DNA of 64,000 bases, from IMG/VR virus record IMGVR_UViG_3300048586_000548, positions 1 to 64,000 of that record. One strand, written 5' to 3'. Both the position numbers and the translations under genes were made by a program. Position 1 is the first letter of the stretch. The number at the start of each line of letters is the position of its first letter. The DNA is from a virus. This document shows, one piece after another, positions 54,201-64,000 of this stretch. The notes under the pieces are model-generated. The model saw only the letters and a program-made list of their open reading frames with translations. It ran no database searches and was not told where the DNA came from.

Positions 54201-57110
54201 AGTGAGCGTCGTGTCGGACCCCAGCTCAACCCGTCCCACGAGCATTCCCTGCTTCGGGACCGCCGGGCCGTCAATAAACGCTGAGTAGAGGGTCACACTG
54301 GTCGGGGCCACGCCCGGAGAACCCGTCGGACTGATCTGCACCGTCCCAGGCTGCGGGGGCCACGGCGCCCCGCCCGGCAGGACCAACGACGGCACGCCGC
54401 CAGGGCTGGTCACCGGCACGTTCGCGTACTCCACGATGTCCCCGCCTGCCGCCACCGGCAGGTCCTTGCTCGGGATGTACGCCTGGCTCGTCGGGTTCAG
54501 GACCTTGTGGCCGCTGACCGAGGTGTAGCCAATCTGCATGCGCGCAATGGGCCGGTTACCGAACTTCGACAAATCGATGTCCGTCCGGGGCTCATACGCC
54601 GGGTAGTCCGGCCACGAGTTGGTATCAAGCGTGGTGCGGAACCGATTGGGCTGCAGGGTGTGCGTGACCTTGCGCACAAACTGCGTGGCCGTGGTGTTTG
54701 TGGTGTCGTAGCGTGTTTCGGCGACCGCAATCGGATCGCCCACTTCCACCATCGGCAGCAGCGGGTGTTCCACCGTCGTGCCCGGAATGGGCACGGACTG
54801 TCGATAGATAAACGTCTGCGCCAAGTAGTTGGCGAAGCCGTCGTCCGCAATCGAGTCGTCGTAGATCACCGCGTGCTTCGGGTAGCCCACGTGGTTCTTG
54901 GCCAGGGGGTTCACGATCGACTGCAGATCCACCGCGTTGGCCACCACGAACTCAGTTTCCGTCGGCGCCTTGGCCTCTTCGAACTTCTCGCTGTCCGTGA
55001 TCGCCGCCTTCTTGCGGCCCACGATCGTGACCTTGTTCCGCACCTCGTCTTGCTGCGCGCGGGTCGTCACGGTCAGCGCCGTGTCGTCAGTCGAAAGCGT
55101 GGGCAGCTTGGTGCGCAGCGGGTCCTGGGCGTAGCAGAGCAAGCAGTCGATGTACGACTTGGTGCCTCCGCTCAGGGTATCCGCCGTCAGTGTGACCACG
55201 TACTCGTCGTAGTCGCCGGAGAACAGCGTCGCCACCGTCGGGTTGGACCCCTGGGCAATCACCGGGCTGTTAAACAGCAATCGCGGGTCTTCCAGCACGT
55301 CACCGGACACACTCGGGTTCACGGTGCCCGTCGCGACCGGATCGCCGCCGCTCGACTTGCTCACCGAGATCTCCCAGGCCCGCGCATCAGCGTTCCGTGG
55401 AAAGGCCGCGTCAATGCGCGAGGCCCGCACCGTCGCCTGCACGGTCACCGGGTCGGTGGTCGTGAAGTACGTGGCGCCGTAGGCCGACGGATCCAGTTGC
55501 TCCGTCAACGTGCCCACCGTTGCGTTGAGTTCGGTCAGCTCCTCGATGTACGTCGGCAAATTCGCGGGGCGCAAGAACGCAGCTCCCGACGCATCGAAGC
55601 CGCACAAGTACCCCAGCCGGTCCGTCAGCTCGCGCGTGCGGGCCCACAGGTCCTTCGTGGGCTCCACCACGAAGATGTATTCGTCGTCGAACGGCCGCGA
55701 TTCCGTGAAGCTGAAGCCCACGTTGCCGTAATGCACCGGGCGCGGCAGCTTGAGCCGCAGCCCCTTGGTGGACACCGCCCGGAAGCGTGGCAAGGTCGAA
55801 CCGCGGACCAGCACCGGCGTGCCGAGGCCGTTCGACTGCACGGCCACTTCGGTGCGGCGGTAGCAGCTGGGGTCCACGCCTGCCCGGACGCCCATCTCCT
55901 CGACGGCGTACGCCAGCGGCCAGTTGTCGAAGGCCGGGACGTTGTACACCGGCTGGGCCCGCTGTCCCGGCTCTGCGTTGAACAAGTCCAGCAGACGGAA
56001 GCCCCGGGCCATGTAGCTAATGCGATCGGGCGTCTGCTCGTACTGCTCGACCATGCGCCCCTCGAGCCCGACACACGTGATCGTCAGCTTGCCGTCCGAG
56101 CCGGATCCGAAGTCGTCCACAAAGCCCGTGAAGAGCGGTGTGTATTCGTCCAGGGTGTCGGGCCGTGCGACGCGGATCTGCACCAGCCGCTTGCGTCGCA
56201 GCGAATGCTGCAACGACCCGCCGTCGTACACGTCCAGCTGTCCCGGGTCCGAGGTCAGCGACGGGCGGTTGAACACCCACCCATGCCCGTCGTTGTTCTC
56301 GGGGTTCAGCAGCGGCACCACGACTTCTGCGCGGCTCGCCGCGCCCGGCTCCTGGGTGATCGACGCGCTCAGAATGAACGGCAGCACGGCCGCCTCGAGC
56401 GGCGCATCGGCCGCGAACAACGATGCGCTCAGGACCGGCGCTTCGGCCGTGGCCCGCTCGAGCTCGTCGTCCGCGGGCAGTGCCCCCGGCAGCGCCTTGA
56501 CGACCAGCCCACCCCAGGGCTCGGTGCCGGACTGCACGTAGTAGACAAACAGCTCGTCGTCGGGCAGGAAGGTGTGGGTCGCGGAGTAGCTGAAGCCGTC
56601 GATCACGAAGCCCACTTCGCTCAGGTCGTCGGCGAACAGGTTCGTGGTTACCCCGCCCCGCACCACGTCAATCCGAACGAAGCCACTCCCAGCCAGCCCA
56701 AACGTCAGCGTGTCGCTCCCCGGCAGCCAGGCCCGCATCGCGGACGGCAGCAGCACCCCGGAGAAGCACACCGCCACCTGGCCCGGCGTGGACACACCCC
56801 ACCAGCCGGGGGCGCCGCTGCCCCAGTACGACTGCACCACCGGCCACCGGCCCGTGCGCCCCGCGCCCTCGTACACCACCGGACGCGACAGCCCGCTCAG
56901 GAAGTCCGACTCCGGGTTCGACGACGCCTGCAGGGCGGCCACGTAGGTGCCCCAGCTCTCACTGGTGACGGCCTCCTGCACCCGGAGCCGCATACCGGTC
57001 GTGGCCTTCCCGTCCTCCAAGGAGGAGTAGGGCGTGTCCCACGCGGCCACTTCAAACTGCCACTGCTGGTCGACGCTGAAGAACGCCGCCGCGCTGGGCA
57101 CTGGTTGCAT
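51249..57110 (-). CDS. large tail tip/hub protein (1953 aa)
   Basis: LFTGFVDD..ITC, GFDASG, VRNKVTIVG, VEVGDPI..VRKVTH hub-like pattern; downstream of the TMP. Confidence 0.75.
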   Translation of the reverse strand: MQPVPSAAAFFSVDQQWQFEVAAWDTPYSSLEDGKATTGMRLRVQEAVTSESWGTYVAALQASSNPESDFLSGLSRPVVYEGAGRTGRWPVVQSYWGSGAPGWWGVSTPGQVAVCFSGVLLPSAMRAWLPGSDTLTFGLAGSGFVRIDVVRGGVTTNLFADDLSEVGFVIDGFSYSATHTFLPDDELFVYYVQSGTEPWGGLVVKALPGALPADDELERATAEAPVLSASLFAADAPLEAAVLPFILSASITQEPGAASRAEVVVPLLNPENNDGHGWVFNRPSLTSDPGQLDVYDGGSLQHSLRRKRLVQIRVARPDTLDEYTPLFTGFVDDFGSGSDGKLTITCVGLEGRMVEQYEQTPDRISYMARGFRLLDLFNAEPGQRAQPVYNVPAFDNWPLAYAVEEMGVRAGVDPSCYRRTEVAVQSNGLGTPVLVRGSTLPRFRAVSTKGLRLKLPRPVHYGNVGFSFTESRPFDDEYIFVVEPTKDLWARTRELTDRLGYLCGFDASGAAFLRPANLPTYIEELTELNATVGTLTEQLDPSAYGATYFTTTDPVTVQATVRASRIDAAFPRNADARAWEISVSKSSGGDPVATGTVNPSVSGDVLEDPRLLFNSPVIAQGSNPTVATLFSGDYDEYVVTLTADTLSGGTKSYIDCLLCYAQDPLRTKLPTLSTDDTALTVTTRAQQDEVRNKVTIVGRKKAAITDSEKFEEAKAPTETEFVVANAVDLQSIVNPLAKNHVGYPKHAVIYDDSIADDGFANYLAQTFIYRQSVPIPGTTVEHPLLPMVEVGDPIAVAETRYDTTNTTATQFVRKVTHTLQPNRFRTTLDTNSWPDYPAYEPRTDIDLSKFGNRPIARMQIGYTSVSGHKVLNPTSQAYIPSKDLPVAAGGDIVEYANVPVTSPGGVPSLVLPGGAPWPPQPGTVQISPTGSPGVAPTSVTLYSAFIDGPAVPKQGMLVGRVELGSDTTLTAAFAELPSGQMFPAGTDKLGLFYYEIVTVPRTGNRAVEVRVGKKFTLEYPVTLGIDWRARVNGSHVVGALSGWLANTPYHEFFTVDYATPQLALPWKQGDGVAARFARPAYPTFNVRYRRMAASAEPYTAAKVPLSNTLPYSPFYDPYASELGEVVTAQMDVLADGLYRLSVRSAVDNTIVAWLTEPTADPAEPERHWQYLTVGAKRQFKWDGVDQLGEWNATQSELYATLVEGTFEPDQRPRIGKGFYAWNQELSGGKLGELAVVWTGLDGSGKPLIGQGTFGEWFVYLEALTDPVDAELRLIDDQDLALPELRVLTHLPEPTKIELKIDDWTSAGGYVPGGTGGWETPAGGSGSKTSLAAYIANDKPVRVRFKVADRPGGLWAGRTSEISVKLNRQVHLKAIIGDQSAQFTGQVYPETTVEQRILVNRLLHNDEHTLSFNDQGYRKAKTFKWTDGDAGVTEWVFRPQDFRAAFEFTGLPQSLEFGDYLQLEEVPGWSETRGIASGRARLNFALMSYLFYLSAYATDRSGRSSWGINRSFVDQAKISNQTTAVTWEDDAMYAHRRTVVCRQWTKEPGWKSGQLAAHGASSGSLLDHLLEHWWWQHEMTTSGLATTIGFAQEPWLTLGLAADQYTIAHLGLADSIMPAQWATNNRVLPAALGTWTWETNPTWVPSISRDLHPYHLVPPMCVPRYLGTKTPSYAALNLTENSEIDLRQFYCFATTESERHDYVGEVDGQEKNEGADIAAAEVWSSPVREPTGSPLRFWPKSKVDASQWPFKLAVGSGALSVTGDTLDYVRQVEWTHYEELRGMYSRNKRPGEAPVKIAPSGPYYINNYVYEEIVTGMARKNPAYPKFHTNVLEWFGLKFRSEYVWESPGLFPSFESGREAYAAAYWWRTRYQGSSVNNSVRYDAGAWVGWKDDITGGSLLSGWAFGHNSSEKFEATLLSPFATGHQPVAVGKALAQTTYLATHLVLVPARRGGS

Positions 57111-57113
57111 TGC

Positions 57114-58034
57114 TTATGCTCCGGTGTACGAGCCGCCCTCGATCGGACTGCCCGGATCGAGGTAGTCGTCGTCTTCTGCTGCCCCCACCACCTGGCCGCC
57201 CTCGACCATCAGGAGCGTGCCGTCGGGCAGGTACGTCAGGTTTGCGCCCGTACCGCCATACGCCAGAGCCAGAATTCCGCCCGGGAACGACCCGCCGCCC
57301 GAGGTGCCGGTACCGAACTCGCCCACCGGAGGGATCGGGTTCCCCGCGAAATCTTCCACGACGAACGTGAACTTGCTCTCAGAGTAGCGCACCGAGCCGC
57401 CGTCGCCGCGCAGCACGCGGGTGGTGTCCAGGACGCGCACGCGCCACCAGGCCGGTTCGATCCAGCTCACGCGGATCTCGTTGCCCGCGTTCAGGGCGCC
57501 CACCAGCTCCTGCTCCAGCACCAGCGTCGTGCCCGTGGCGTAGTTCACTGAGTGGCGCACCCAGGCCCCGCTGGCCATCAGCGCGTCCACCACGGCGTAC
57601 TTCAGTGTCGTGGGGTGCACTTCCCCGGTCAGATCGGGCACGGTCAGCGTCTGGCCCGAAATGCCCGTGACGGTGGTCTCCAGGCTGCGGCCGCGGTTGA
57701 GCAGGTTGGTAGTGCCGTCGTAGATGTACACATACGGACCAATGCCTCGAGACTGCAGCGAACGACTCTTCAAGCTTTCGAGCCAGCGGTACTGCATCTC
57801 GTAGCGTCGCGCCTCGGGTCCGAAGTTGGACCAAATCCAACTGCGGCGGCGCGGGTCGCGGCTCGGCATCTGGACGATCACGCGTCCGTCAGCGGTTTCC
57901 ACCTGCTCGCCGAGCTCGGTCGAGGGATAGTCCACGCGGGTCGGGGTGGGAAACAGCTCGACTTCGAGGCCCGACTTGGCCCCGTTCTCGTCGGGCATCG
58001 CCACCCAGAACCCCTTCTTCAACACGGTCGTCAT
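57114..58034 (-). CDS. distal tail-like protein
   Basis: Directly after the TMP; VETADGRVIVQ; LAYGGTGA motif. Confidence 0.65.
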   Translation of the reverse strand: MTTVLKKGFWVAMPDENGAKSGLEVELFPTPTRVDYPSTELGEQVETADGRVIVQMPSRDPRRRSWIWSNFGPEARRYEMQYRWLESLKSRSLQSRGIGPYVYIYDGTTNLLNRGRSLETTVTGISGQTLTVPDLTGEVHPTTLKYAVVDALMASGAWVRHSVNYATGTTLVLEQELVGALNAGNEIRVSWIEPAWWRVRVLDTTRVLRGDGGSVRYSESKFTFVVEDFAGNPIPPVGEFGTGTSGGGSFPGGILALAYGGTGANLTYLPDGTLLMVEGGQVVGAAEDDDYLDPGSPIEGGSYTGA

Positions 58035-58158
58035 GGTCGTCTCCGGATGGCAAAACGCTCCCCAACGGCACAGCACGTCGGGGAGCGCTTCGCGCTACTT
58101 TGCAGTCCGCCCCAAACAGAAACTCCCCGTGACACTAGTAGGTCGAGTCACGGAGAGG

Positions 58159-58183
58159 TTCGTCGAAGCTAGGGAAACCTTAC
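58159..58183 (-). promoter_or_regulatory. GTAAGGT-N14-CGAA promoter-like motif
   Basis: Exact match overlapping the TMP TAA stop. Confidence 0.65.
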
Positions 58184-61100
58184 GCGCTACGGACGTCGAA
58201 GCTGGTGCCACGGCCGCCCAACTGATCCCGGAGAGCCGTCGCCACCTTGTCAGCAATCACGGCTTCCGACTGCCCCGGGGCGCCGTACACGTTGATCTCG
58301 ATCGGACGATCCCCGGCCCCTTCCGTGCCCGTGCCGCCCGACCCAAAGGGCTGGAAGCCCGGGACCACAAATCCGGCCGGGACGTTCAGGAACCGGCTGC
58401 CCAGCGTCAGCTGCTGGGTCTGCACTTCAATCGCCTGGATCTGCTCGCGGGTGTTGCGCTCAATGCGCTCCAGGGCCGCCAGCTGGGGCTCGGTCTCCGG
58501 CGGCTTGGACTTCCCGAACAGCCCGCCCAATGCCCCGCCAAGGATTCCGCCGACAAACGCGCCGACCGGACCCAGCGGGGTGGCGCCACCGATCAACGCA
58601 CCGATCGAGGCCCCCTCCTGCCCGTAGCTGTCCTTGCCGCCGATCGCTCCGCCGATCAGCGCACCGGCCAGCGGCAGGGCGACGTCCGCGGCACGCCCGA
58701 ACTTGCCCAGCTTGCCGCTTCCGGCGAAGCTGAACTGCTTGCTGCCCCCGCTCGTCGACGGGGTGGCCGTGAGCAGCGCCGGATCAAGCGCAATGGGCAC
58801 TCCGCCCGGAATGTCAAGTACCGTCGGCGTCGGTCCCGTCGGGCCCGTCGAACTCGACGTGCCCCGAGACTTAGCGTACCACGCCACCGCGGTCGTCGCG
58901 GCTGCGGCCCCGCCCGCACCGGTCAGCCCACCGACACTCCCCGTCCCGACCACCGAACCAGCCTGCGCGGCGGCTGCGGAGATTTCCTGCTGGGTCGCGG
59001 CCGTCCACGCCGCCACACCCTTTCGGAAGCCCGCCTCGATGGCGGTCTCCGTGGACAGCGCACCGCTGGCAAACGCGGATGTCAGCTTATCCCCGAGCAG
59101 TCCGGTTTCACTGAACACATTCCGCAAGAACACGTCAACCAGGCGGGACTGCGCGGCCTGAGCCACACCCTCGGCCAGCTGCTGCAGGCCCTGCCCGCTA
59201 AAATTACGCGAACTGGACAAGAACGTCCGCAGCGGGGCGACGAGCTCCTGCACCAGCTGCGCAGACTCTTCCCGCGGACGCCGCTGCAGCTGCGCATTGG
59301 CACCGGACAGCACCCCGAAGCGCGCCACCAGCGCTTCAGACTGCGCGTTCAACAGGTCTTCGCCCAACTGGTTGTCGATGTCATTCATGCGTGCCGCAAG
59401 CTGACCATCGCCCACTTCGAACTGTTCCGACGCAAGGCGCCGCTGCTCTGCGGCCGTCGCCTCCGCCAGAGCCGACCGCTGCTGCTCGACCAGGGCAATC
59501 TGCCCCAGCTGCAAGGTCACCCCTGCCTGCGGGCGACGCGGGTCCGCCTGCGCCGCCGCCACATCCGCCTGGTTCAGTGCCCCGGTCAGTGCGGTCTGCC
59601 GCTGGGCGGCGCCCTGAATTCGCGTCAGTCGTCGGTTGATTTCCTGAATGCGCTCCTGTCGCTGAATCTCCGGGAGGATGTCCTTCTCCACCGCATCCGT
59701 CGCCGCCTTCAGCAATTCGCCCAGGCCGCCGATCGTGCTCAGGAGCCGTTCCGTCGTCGCCTGGTCCTCAGCATCCCCAAGCTCTCCCAAATCCGCCAGG
59801 GACTGCTTCAGCTGCAAGCCGATCTCTCCCACAGACCCGCCCGCCTTAATCGCCGTGTTCACAAACGCGCCCAGGCCCTCAGTGCTCGCGATCCGCACCT
59901 GCTCCTTCAGCAGGTTGATGCGGTTAAGTGCCCGGTCGCCTTCCGCCTTGGCCCCAGACACTTCGTCCACCAGCGAGCCAATCGCTGCTGCCTCACCCCG
60001 GCCCGGCGCCAATTCGTCATCAACAATCCGCGCGCCGAACTGCTTCTCGCCTCCGCCGAACTGCCCCTTCGACGCCACAAAGCTCGCCTGCGCGTTAATA
60101 AGGTCCCGCTGCAGGGTGATGGGCAGCGTCCCCAGGTCCTGCAACAGCTGCTGGGCATTGTCCGACCGAGCACGTGTCGCATCGAAAGAGATACCGAACC
60201 GGTCCTGCAAATCCGACTGGACGCGATTCCGCGCGGAGCGCTCCGAAAAGGATACAATCGGAGCAAACAGCCGATCACGCACGCCACCAAGGGCCTGGTT
60301 CTTCGTACTCAACTCCGCCAGCTGGGACGTGCGACCTTGCGCGTCATTCAACGTATTAATGATCCGCTGTGTGCTACTAGTGTCCTGCCCAGCGGTGATC
60401 TCCCGCTGCAGCTGGTCGTCCAGTTTCTCCACGGCCAACTGCAACGCCTGCTTAATTGCTGCGGCGAACGCCGACCCTTCCTCGGACCCCAAAGCGCCGG
60501 TCTCATTGGCCAGCATCTGCACGCGGCCCTGCACATTGATTGCCGGAGCCAGCTGATCAACCAGCGCCTGCGCCACTCGATCCAGGTTCGCAAACCGATA
60601 GTTGCTCTCCGTCAAGGACCGCCGCTGCGGATCGTTAGGGTCGGTAATGCCCCGCTCCGCAATAGCCTGGCGCAGCCGTTCCTGATTGCGGTCCGGCACG
60701 ACAAACGGTACGTTGGCGTCCAGTCGCTGGAACAAGCGCAAATCATCGGCACTCAACAGCAACCGCTCGCGTGCGACCTTATCCAACGCCGCCAAGGGGG
60801 ACTGTCCCGCGTCCGCCGCCTGCTTGGCAATCTGACTAATCGTTCCTGACGCGCCAAACTGCACGGCGCTGAGGTCACCAATCTTCTGCCCTCGGAAACT
60901 CAGCGCAGAGCTGAGCGACTCCAGAATCGCCTGCCCGGGGTCCCGAGAGAATACCCGAGTCCCTGAATATTCTGTCGCGTCCGAGCTCTGCCCCGCGGCG
61001 GATGCCACACTCCGCAGCTGCTTGCTCAGATTCACAGTGTTCTGCTGAAACTCCGCGACTACGTCTGCGAGATCCGTCCGAGCCTCGCTGAGGTACGTAT

Positions 61101-64000
61101 TGGGAACAGCGAGCTCCAACTTCGCCGATTCCTTCAGGAGTCCCGCAGCTGCTGCGATTCGTTCCGATTCGTCGCCAAGCGCAACGAACCCAGGCAGGGC
61201 CTTGTCAAAGAATTCTACGAGCCGATTATTGGTCTCATTGAAGACCTGATTCCGCGGCAACGCGCCACTCGCCCGGTCCCGCTCCACCGAGGCCAGCACT
61301 TCGCCAGCGCCGCGCTGTACGATTTCCAGCAGCGCTTCCGGCGTCTGCCCGAAGCCCAGCGCGCGCTGCTCATACTCCTTGAAGAACGGACTCTGCTGAA
61401 ACTGCTCCCGGTCAAACGGCTCGGCGGTGCGTACCCGCTCACGATCGGAGGCCCGCTGAAACAGCCGAGCGCCAGCTTGAAAGATCCCTACTGCAATTCC
61501 AAAAGCCGCCGTGTACGCCCCAAAGGAGGCCAGCCCGCCGAGAACCGTCGCCCCAAGACCACGGGCGAACGCCGCGCTAGAGTCGAGTCCACGCCGCAGC
61601 AAACTCGGGCCTCCAACGCCGACCATCCCATTCGCGCGCAGGGCGGCACTCTGTGCTGTTGCCTGCGCAGTTCGTGCCGCAGCTGCGGCATCCGCCTGAG
61701 CCGCCGCCGCAGCGGCATCCCTGTACGCCGCCCGACGCGCCTGCAGATCCGCCAATCGGCCCTGGCGCTGCTCGGGCGTCCCCCGGCTCTGCCGCTTCCG
61801 CCGATACTGGCCCGGCTTAAACGTCGGCGGATCCTTCGCCCTACGCGCGGCCCCGAGCATGTCCGCACGCGCGAGGCGTGCCGCCTCACGCAGAGGCACG
61901 GCTTCTTGTTCCGCGCTCACTGCCGCCGTCCGCAGTGACCGCAGGCCCTCAACCACCCCCGCCGCCTCCTCAGCACCAGACTCGGCCAGGACAGGAGCCA
62001 CGCCACGCGACAGTCGCTGCTGCAGCGCCCGAGACACCAGCGACACCCCGCCCAGAGCCGCGCCGCCTAGCGCCACCGGCAGTCCAGGGTTCGCAGCGAC
62101 TGCCCCGAACGCCCCCGCCCCGAGCTTCAGCCCGCCCTTCAGTGCCGCGCCGAGGCCCGTGTCCACGAGCAGCGACGAGGCGAACGCGGTAAACGCGGTG
62201 GCAAACTGGGTCAGGCGCGCACTCACCGAGTCAAGTCGCAAGCGCACACGATCCTGCGTATCCCCGAATGCCAAGGCGCTGACCTGTGCCGTCTTCAGTG
62301 AGTCATTAAACCCGCCCAACAGCGCGGCCGCCAGGTTGACCTGTCGCGCACCGGCAAAGGTGACCAACAGTTGCTGTGCCCGAACGGTATCGCCGCTGGC
62401 GTTCAACTCCTGGAACTTTGCCGCAATGTCCTGCAAGATGTCCTGCAGGGGCCGCAGCGTGTTGGGCGTGTCTCCCGCCAGGTTGATGCCAAACTCACCC
62501 TGCAGCGACCGGGCGACTTCCGGCGCAGACAGCCGCGAGATCATGAACCGAAGACCCGTGGCAGCCTGATTGCCCGACACCCGCGTGCGCTCGATAATGG
62601 TCGTCGACGCGCCGATGATCAGGTCCAGCGCGTCCACCGCACCGAGCGCCTGCGGTTGTAGCTGTGCGGCGATGGAACCGGCACGCTGAATAGCCGTCGA
62701 CAGGTCCGACGCGCTCACGGCGTACTGCGCCTCAATACGCGCGATGCGGTCGAGAATCTCGAAAGGCCGCACGCGCCCTTCCATGATGTTCTCCACCGCG
62801 ATCAGGAATTCAGTGGCCTGCTTGGCGTCAAGATCCGCACCCGTCTGGGCGGCAAGCGACGCTCGAGTCAGATCCACCGTTTCCGTGGAACTGGCACCGG
62901 TCTGCGCGAAGAACTTGCTCGACTGCACCGCCTGACGAAGCGGCACACCGAAGTCAGCGGCTGCCCCAATGACGCCGCGCCCGATATTCTGTGCTTCCCC
63001 GCTCGAGCGCGAGCTCAGCACGCCTTGAATCTGCTTCAAGTCCACTTCAAGACCGACAGCCTCGGTGGCCGCCTGCCGCAGCTGGGACGCCAGCGTGAAC
63101 ACGATTCCGCCCGCAAACACGTACGCACTCAGCGACTGCAACTTGGTCTGCAAGCGATCAATAAACTTACCGCCGCTCTTCTCCACCTCCACCGCCGACC
63201 GACTCGCCTCACCGAGCAGCTGCCCCTGCTTCCCCAGCTCCGCGTTCAGCGCGTTGTACTTCTTGGTCACGGCCTCCACATTCGCCGCGTCCTTTGAGGA
63301 CAACGTGCCGGTGGCCCGCAGGCGCAGGTAGATCGACTCGGTCTCCTTCAACACAGCGTTCAGCTCAGTCTGAAGCGCTCGCTCCTGGTCAGCGCGCCGA
63401 CCCTGCAACGCCTTGTTATCCGTTGGCGCCTTGCTGCGCGCCCCGGCCAGGGCGCTTTCCGTCAACGCACGGCGCGCCTCCAGCTCCTGCAGCTGCGTCA
63501 GGTCTCGACCAAGTTCCGTCCGCTCATTCTGCAGGCCCAACACCGCCGTGGCCGCAGACTTCACTTGCGGGGTGTTGCCCCCAAAGAACCGGGGATTGGC
63601 GTCGGCCACCGACAGCGACCGCTCAGCAAACGACCCGAGCACCGCGTCAAACTGCGCAGACTCCTTGGCCAAGCCGGTACGGATGTTCCCCACTGGCAGA
63701 CCCGTGGCGAGGTACGACTGTTCCAGCAGCTGCAAATCGCGCTGCTTCACCGCCGAGCGCTGCAACTGCTTGAAGTCTTCCGTCAGCAACTTGGCCTGCT
63801 GCGTCACACTCACCGGCAACGCGGGCAGCGCGGTGTCCGCGTCGAGACCCACGAACGGCTGAGCCGCCGCAGCCACCCCACCCGTGCCCGGCAAGCCCCC
63901 CTTCGTCAGCCGACGATTGATTGCGGCCAGCTCGCGCTCCTCCTGGACCACACGTTCCTTATCGCTCGCAAACTTGACCCTCGCCGCACGTTCCTGTGCG
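58180..64000 (-). CDS. tape measure protein, 5' end outside the window
   Basis: Frame open to the window edge (>1930 aa); Ala/Gln/Leu-rich; TP901-type core (ILDRIARIEAQYAVSASDLSTAIQRAG..SGNQAATGLR); Gly-rich C-terminus. Confidence 0.9.
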   Translation of the reverse strand, partial: AQERAARVKFASDKERVVQEERELAAINRRLTKGGLPGTGGVAAAAQPFVGLDADTALPALPVSVTQQAKLLTEDFKQLQRSAVKQRDLQLLEQSYLATGLPVGNIRTGLAKESAQFDAVLGSFAERSLSVADANPRFFGGNTPQVKSAATAVLGLQNERTELGRDLTQLQELEARRALTESALAGARSKAPTDNKALQGRRADQERALQTELNAVLKETESIYLRLRATGTLSSKDAANVEAVTKKYNALNAELGKQGQLLGEASRSAVEVEKSGGKFIDRLQTKLQSLSAYVFAGGIVFTLASQLRQAATEAVGLEVDLKQIQGVLSSRSSGEAQNIGRGVIGAAADFGVPLRQAVQSSKFFAQTGASSTETVDLTRASLAAQTGADLDAKQATEFLIAVENIMEGRVRPFEILDRIARIEAQYAVSASDLSTAIQRAGSIAAQLQPQALGAVDALDLIIGASTTIIERTRVSGNQAATGLRFMISRLSAPEVARSLQGEFGINLAGDTPNTLRPLQDILQDIAAKFQELNASGDTVRAQQLLVTFAGARQVNLAAALLGGFNDSLKTAQVSALAFGDTQDRVRLRLDSVSARLTQFATAFTAFASSLLVDTGLGAALKGGLKLGAGAFGAVAANPGLPVALGGAALGGVSLVSRALQQRLSRGVAPVLAESGAEEAAGVVEGLRSLRTAAVSAEQEAVPLREAARLARADMLGAARRAKDPPTFKPGQYRRKRQSRGTPEQRQGRLADLQARRAAYRDAAAAAAQADAAAAARTAQATAQSAALRANGMVGVGGPSLLRRGLDSSAAFARGLGATVLGGLASFGAYTAAFGIAVGIFQAGARLFQRASDRERVRTAEPFDREQFQQSPFFKEYEQRALGFGQTPEALLEIVQRGAGEVLASVERDRASGALPRNQVFNETNNRLVEFFDKALPGFVALGDESERIAAAAGLLKESAKLELAVPNTYLSEARTDLADVVAEFQQNTVNLSKQLRSVASAAGQSSDATEYSGTRVFSRDPGQAILESLSSALSFRGQKIGDLSAVQFGASGTISQIAKQAADAGQSPLAALDKVARERLLLSADDLRLFQRLDANVPFVVPDRNQERLRQAIAERGITDPNDPQRRSLTESNYRFANLDRVAQALVDQLAPAINVQGRVQMLANETGALGSEEGSAFAAAIKQALQLAVEKLDDQLQREITAGQDTSSTQRIINTLNDAQGRTSQLAELSTKNQALGGVRDRLFAPIVSFSERSARNRVQSDLQDRFGISFDATRARSDNAQQLLQDLGTLPITLQRDLINAQASFVASKGQFGGGEKQFGARIVDDELAPGRGEAAAIGSLVDEVSGAKAEGDRALNRINLLKEQVRIASTEGLGAFVNTAIKAGGSVGEIGLQLKQSLADLGELGDAEDQATTERLLSTIGGLGELLKAATDAVEKDILPEIQRQERIQEINRRLTRIQGAAQRQTALTGALNQADVAAAQADPRRPQAGVTLQLGQIALVEQQRSALAEATAAEQRRLASEQFEVGDGQLAARMNDIDNQLGEDLLNAQSEALVARFGVLSGANAQLQRRPREESAQLVQELVAPLRTFLSSSRNFSGQGLQQLAEGVAQAAQSRLVDVFLRNVFSETGLLGDKLTSAFASGALSTETAIEAGFRKGVAAWTAATQQEISAAAAQAGSVVGTGSVGGLTGAGGAAAATTAVAWYAKSRGTSSSTGPTGPTPTVLDIPGGVPIALDPALLTATPSTSGGSKQFSFAGSGKLGKFGRAADVALPLAGALIGGAIGGKDSYGQEGASIGALIGGATPLGPVGAFVGGILGGALGGLFGKSKPPETEPQLAALERIERNTREQIQAIEVQTQQLTLGSRFLNVPAGFVVPGFQPFGSGGTGTEGAGDRPIEINVYGAPGQSEAVIADKVATALRDQLGGRGTSFDVRSA

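Noticed and set aside
47139-60849. Very long + strand ORFs (47139..51236, 54507..57551, 57946..60849)
   Set aside because: Antisense shadows of the tail and TMP genes caused by high-GC codon bias; Arg/His/Gly-rich composition with no motifs.
1-64000. Alternative genetic code or stop-codon reassignment
   Set aside because: Known genes (thyX, nrdJ, dut, helicase, TMP) are full length in the standard code and all three stop codons are used.

Overview
The window is a ~64 kb piece of a high-GC, temperate tailed-phage genome in its non-integrated form: attP is intact beside the integrase. It has two converging arms that meet at about 36.3-37.0 kb. The + arm (1-36.3 kb) opens with a dense accessory region of small, overlapping, mostly acidic ORFs in several paralog families, plus a ThiF/E1-like enzyme, ThyX, an SNF2 helicase and a CREST-type membrane hydrolase. 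It continues with a Xer-like recombinase, a RuvB-like ATPase, an ECF-sigma-like protein, a Cas4-like nuclease, an SSB-like protein and a class II ribonucleotide reductase carrying an intein. The - arm (64-37 kb) holds the 5'-truncated tape measure protein, tail genes, putative lysis genes, dUTPase, HNH, small ORFs and the integrase. Main signals: (1) about 20 otherwise unrelated accessory proteins carry the same short amphipathic helix at their N- or C-terminus, a candidate targeting or cargo tag system; (2) a GTAAGGT-N14-CGAA promoter-like motif occurs 6 times exactly and twice approximately, usually overlapping an upstream TAA stop; (3) attP carries the 5' half of tRNA-Pro(UGG), flanked by CAATTGGTGAC repeats; (4) the Xer recombinase overlaps a membrane-anchored, atypical RuvB-like ATPase. 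All family names come from motif recognition by eye; no database searches were run.
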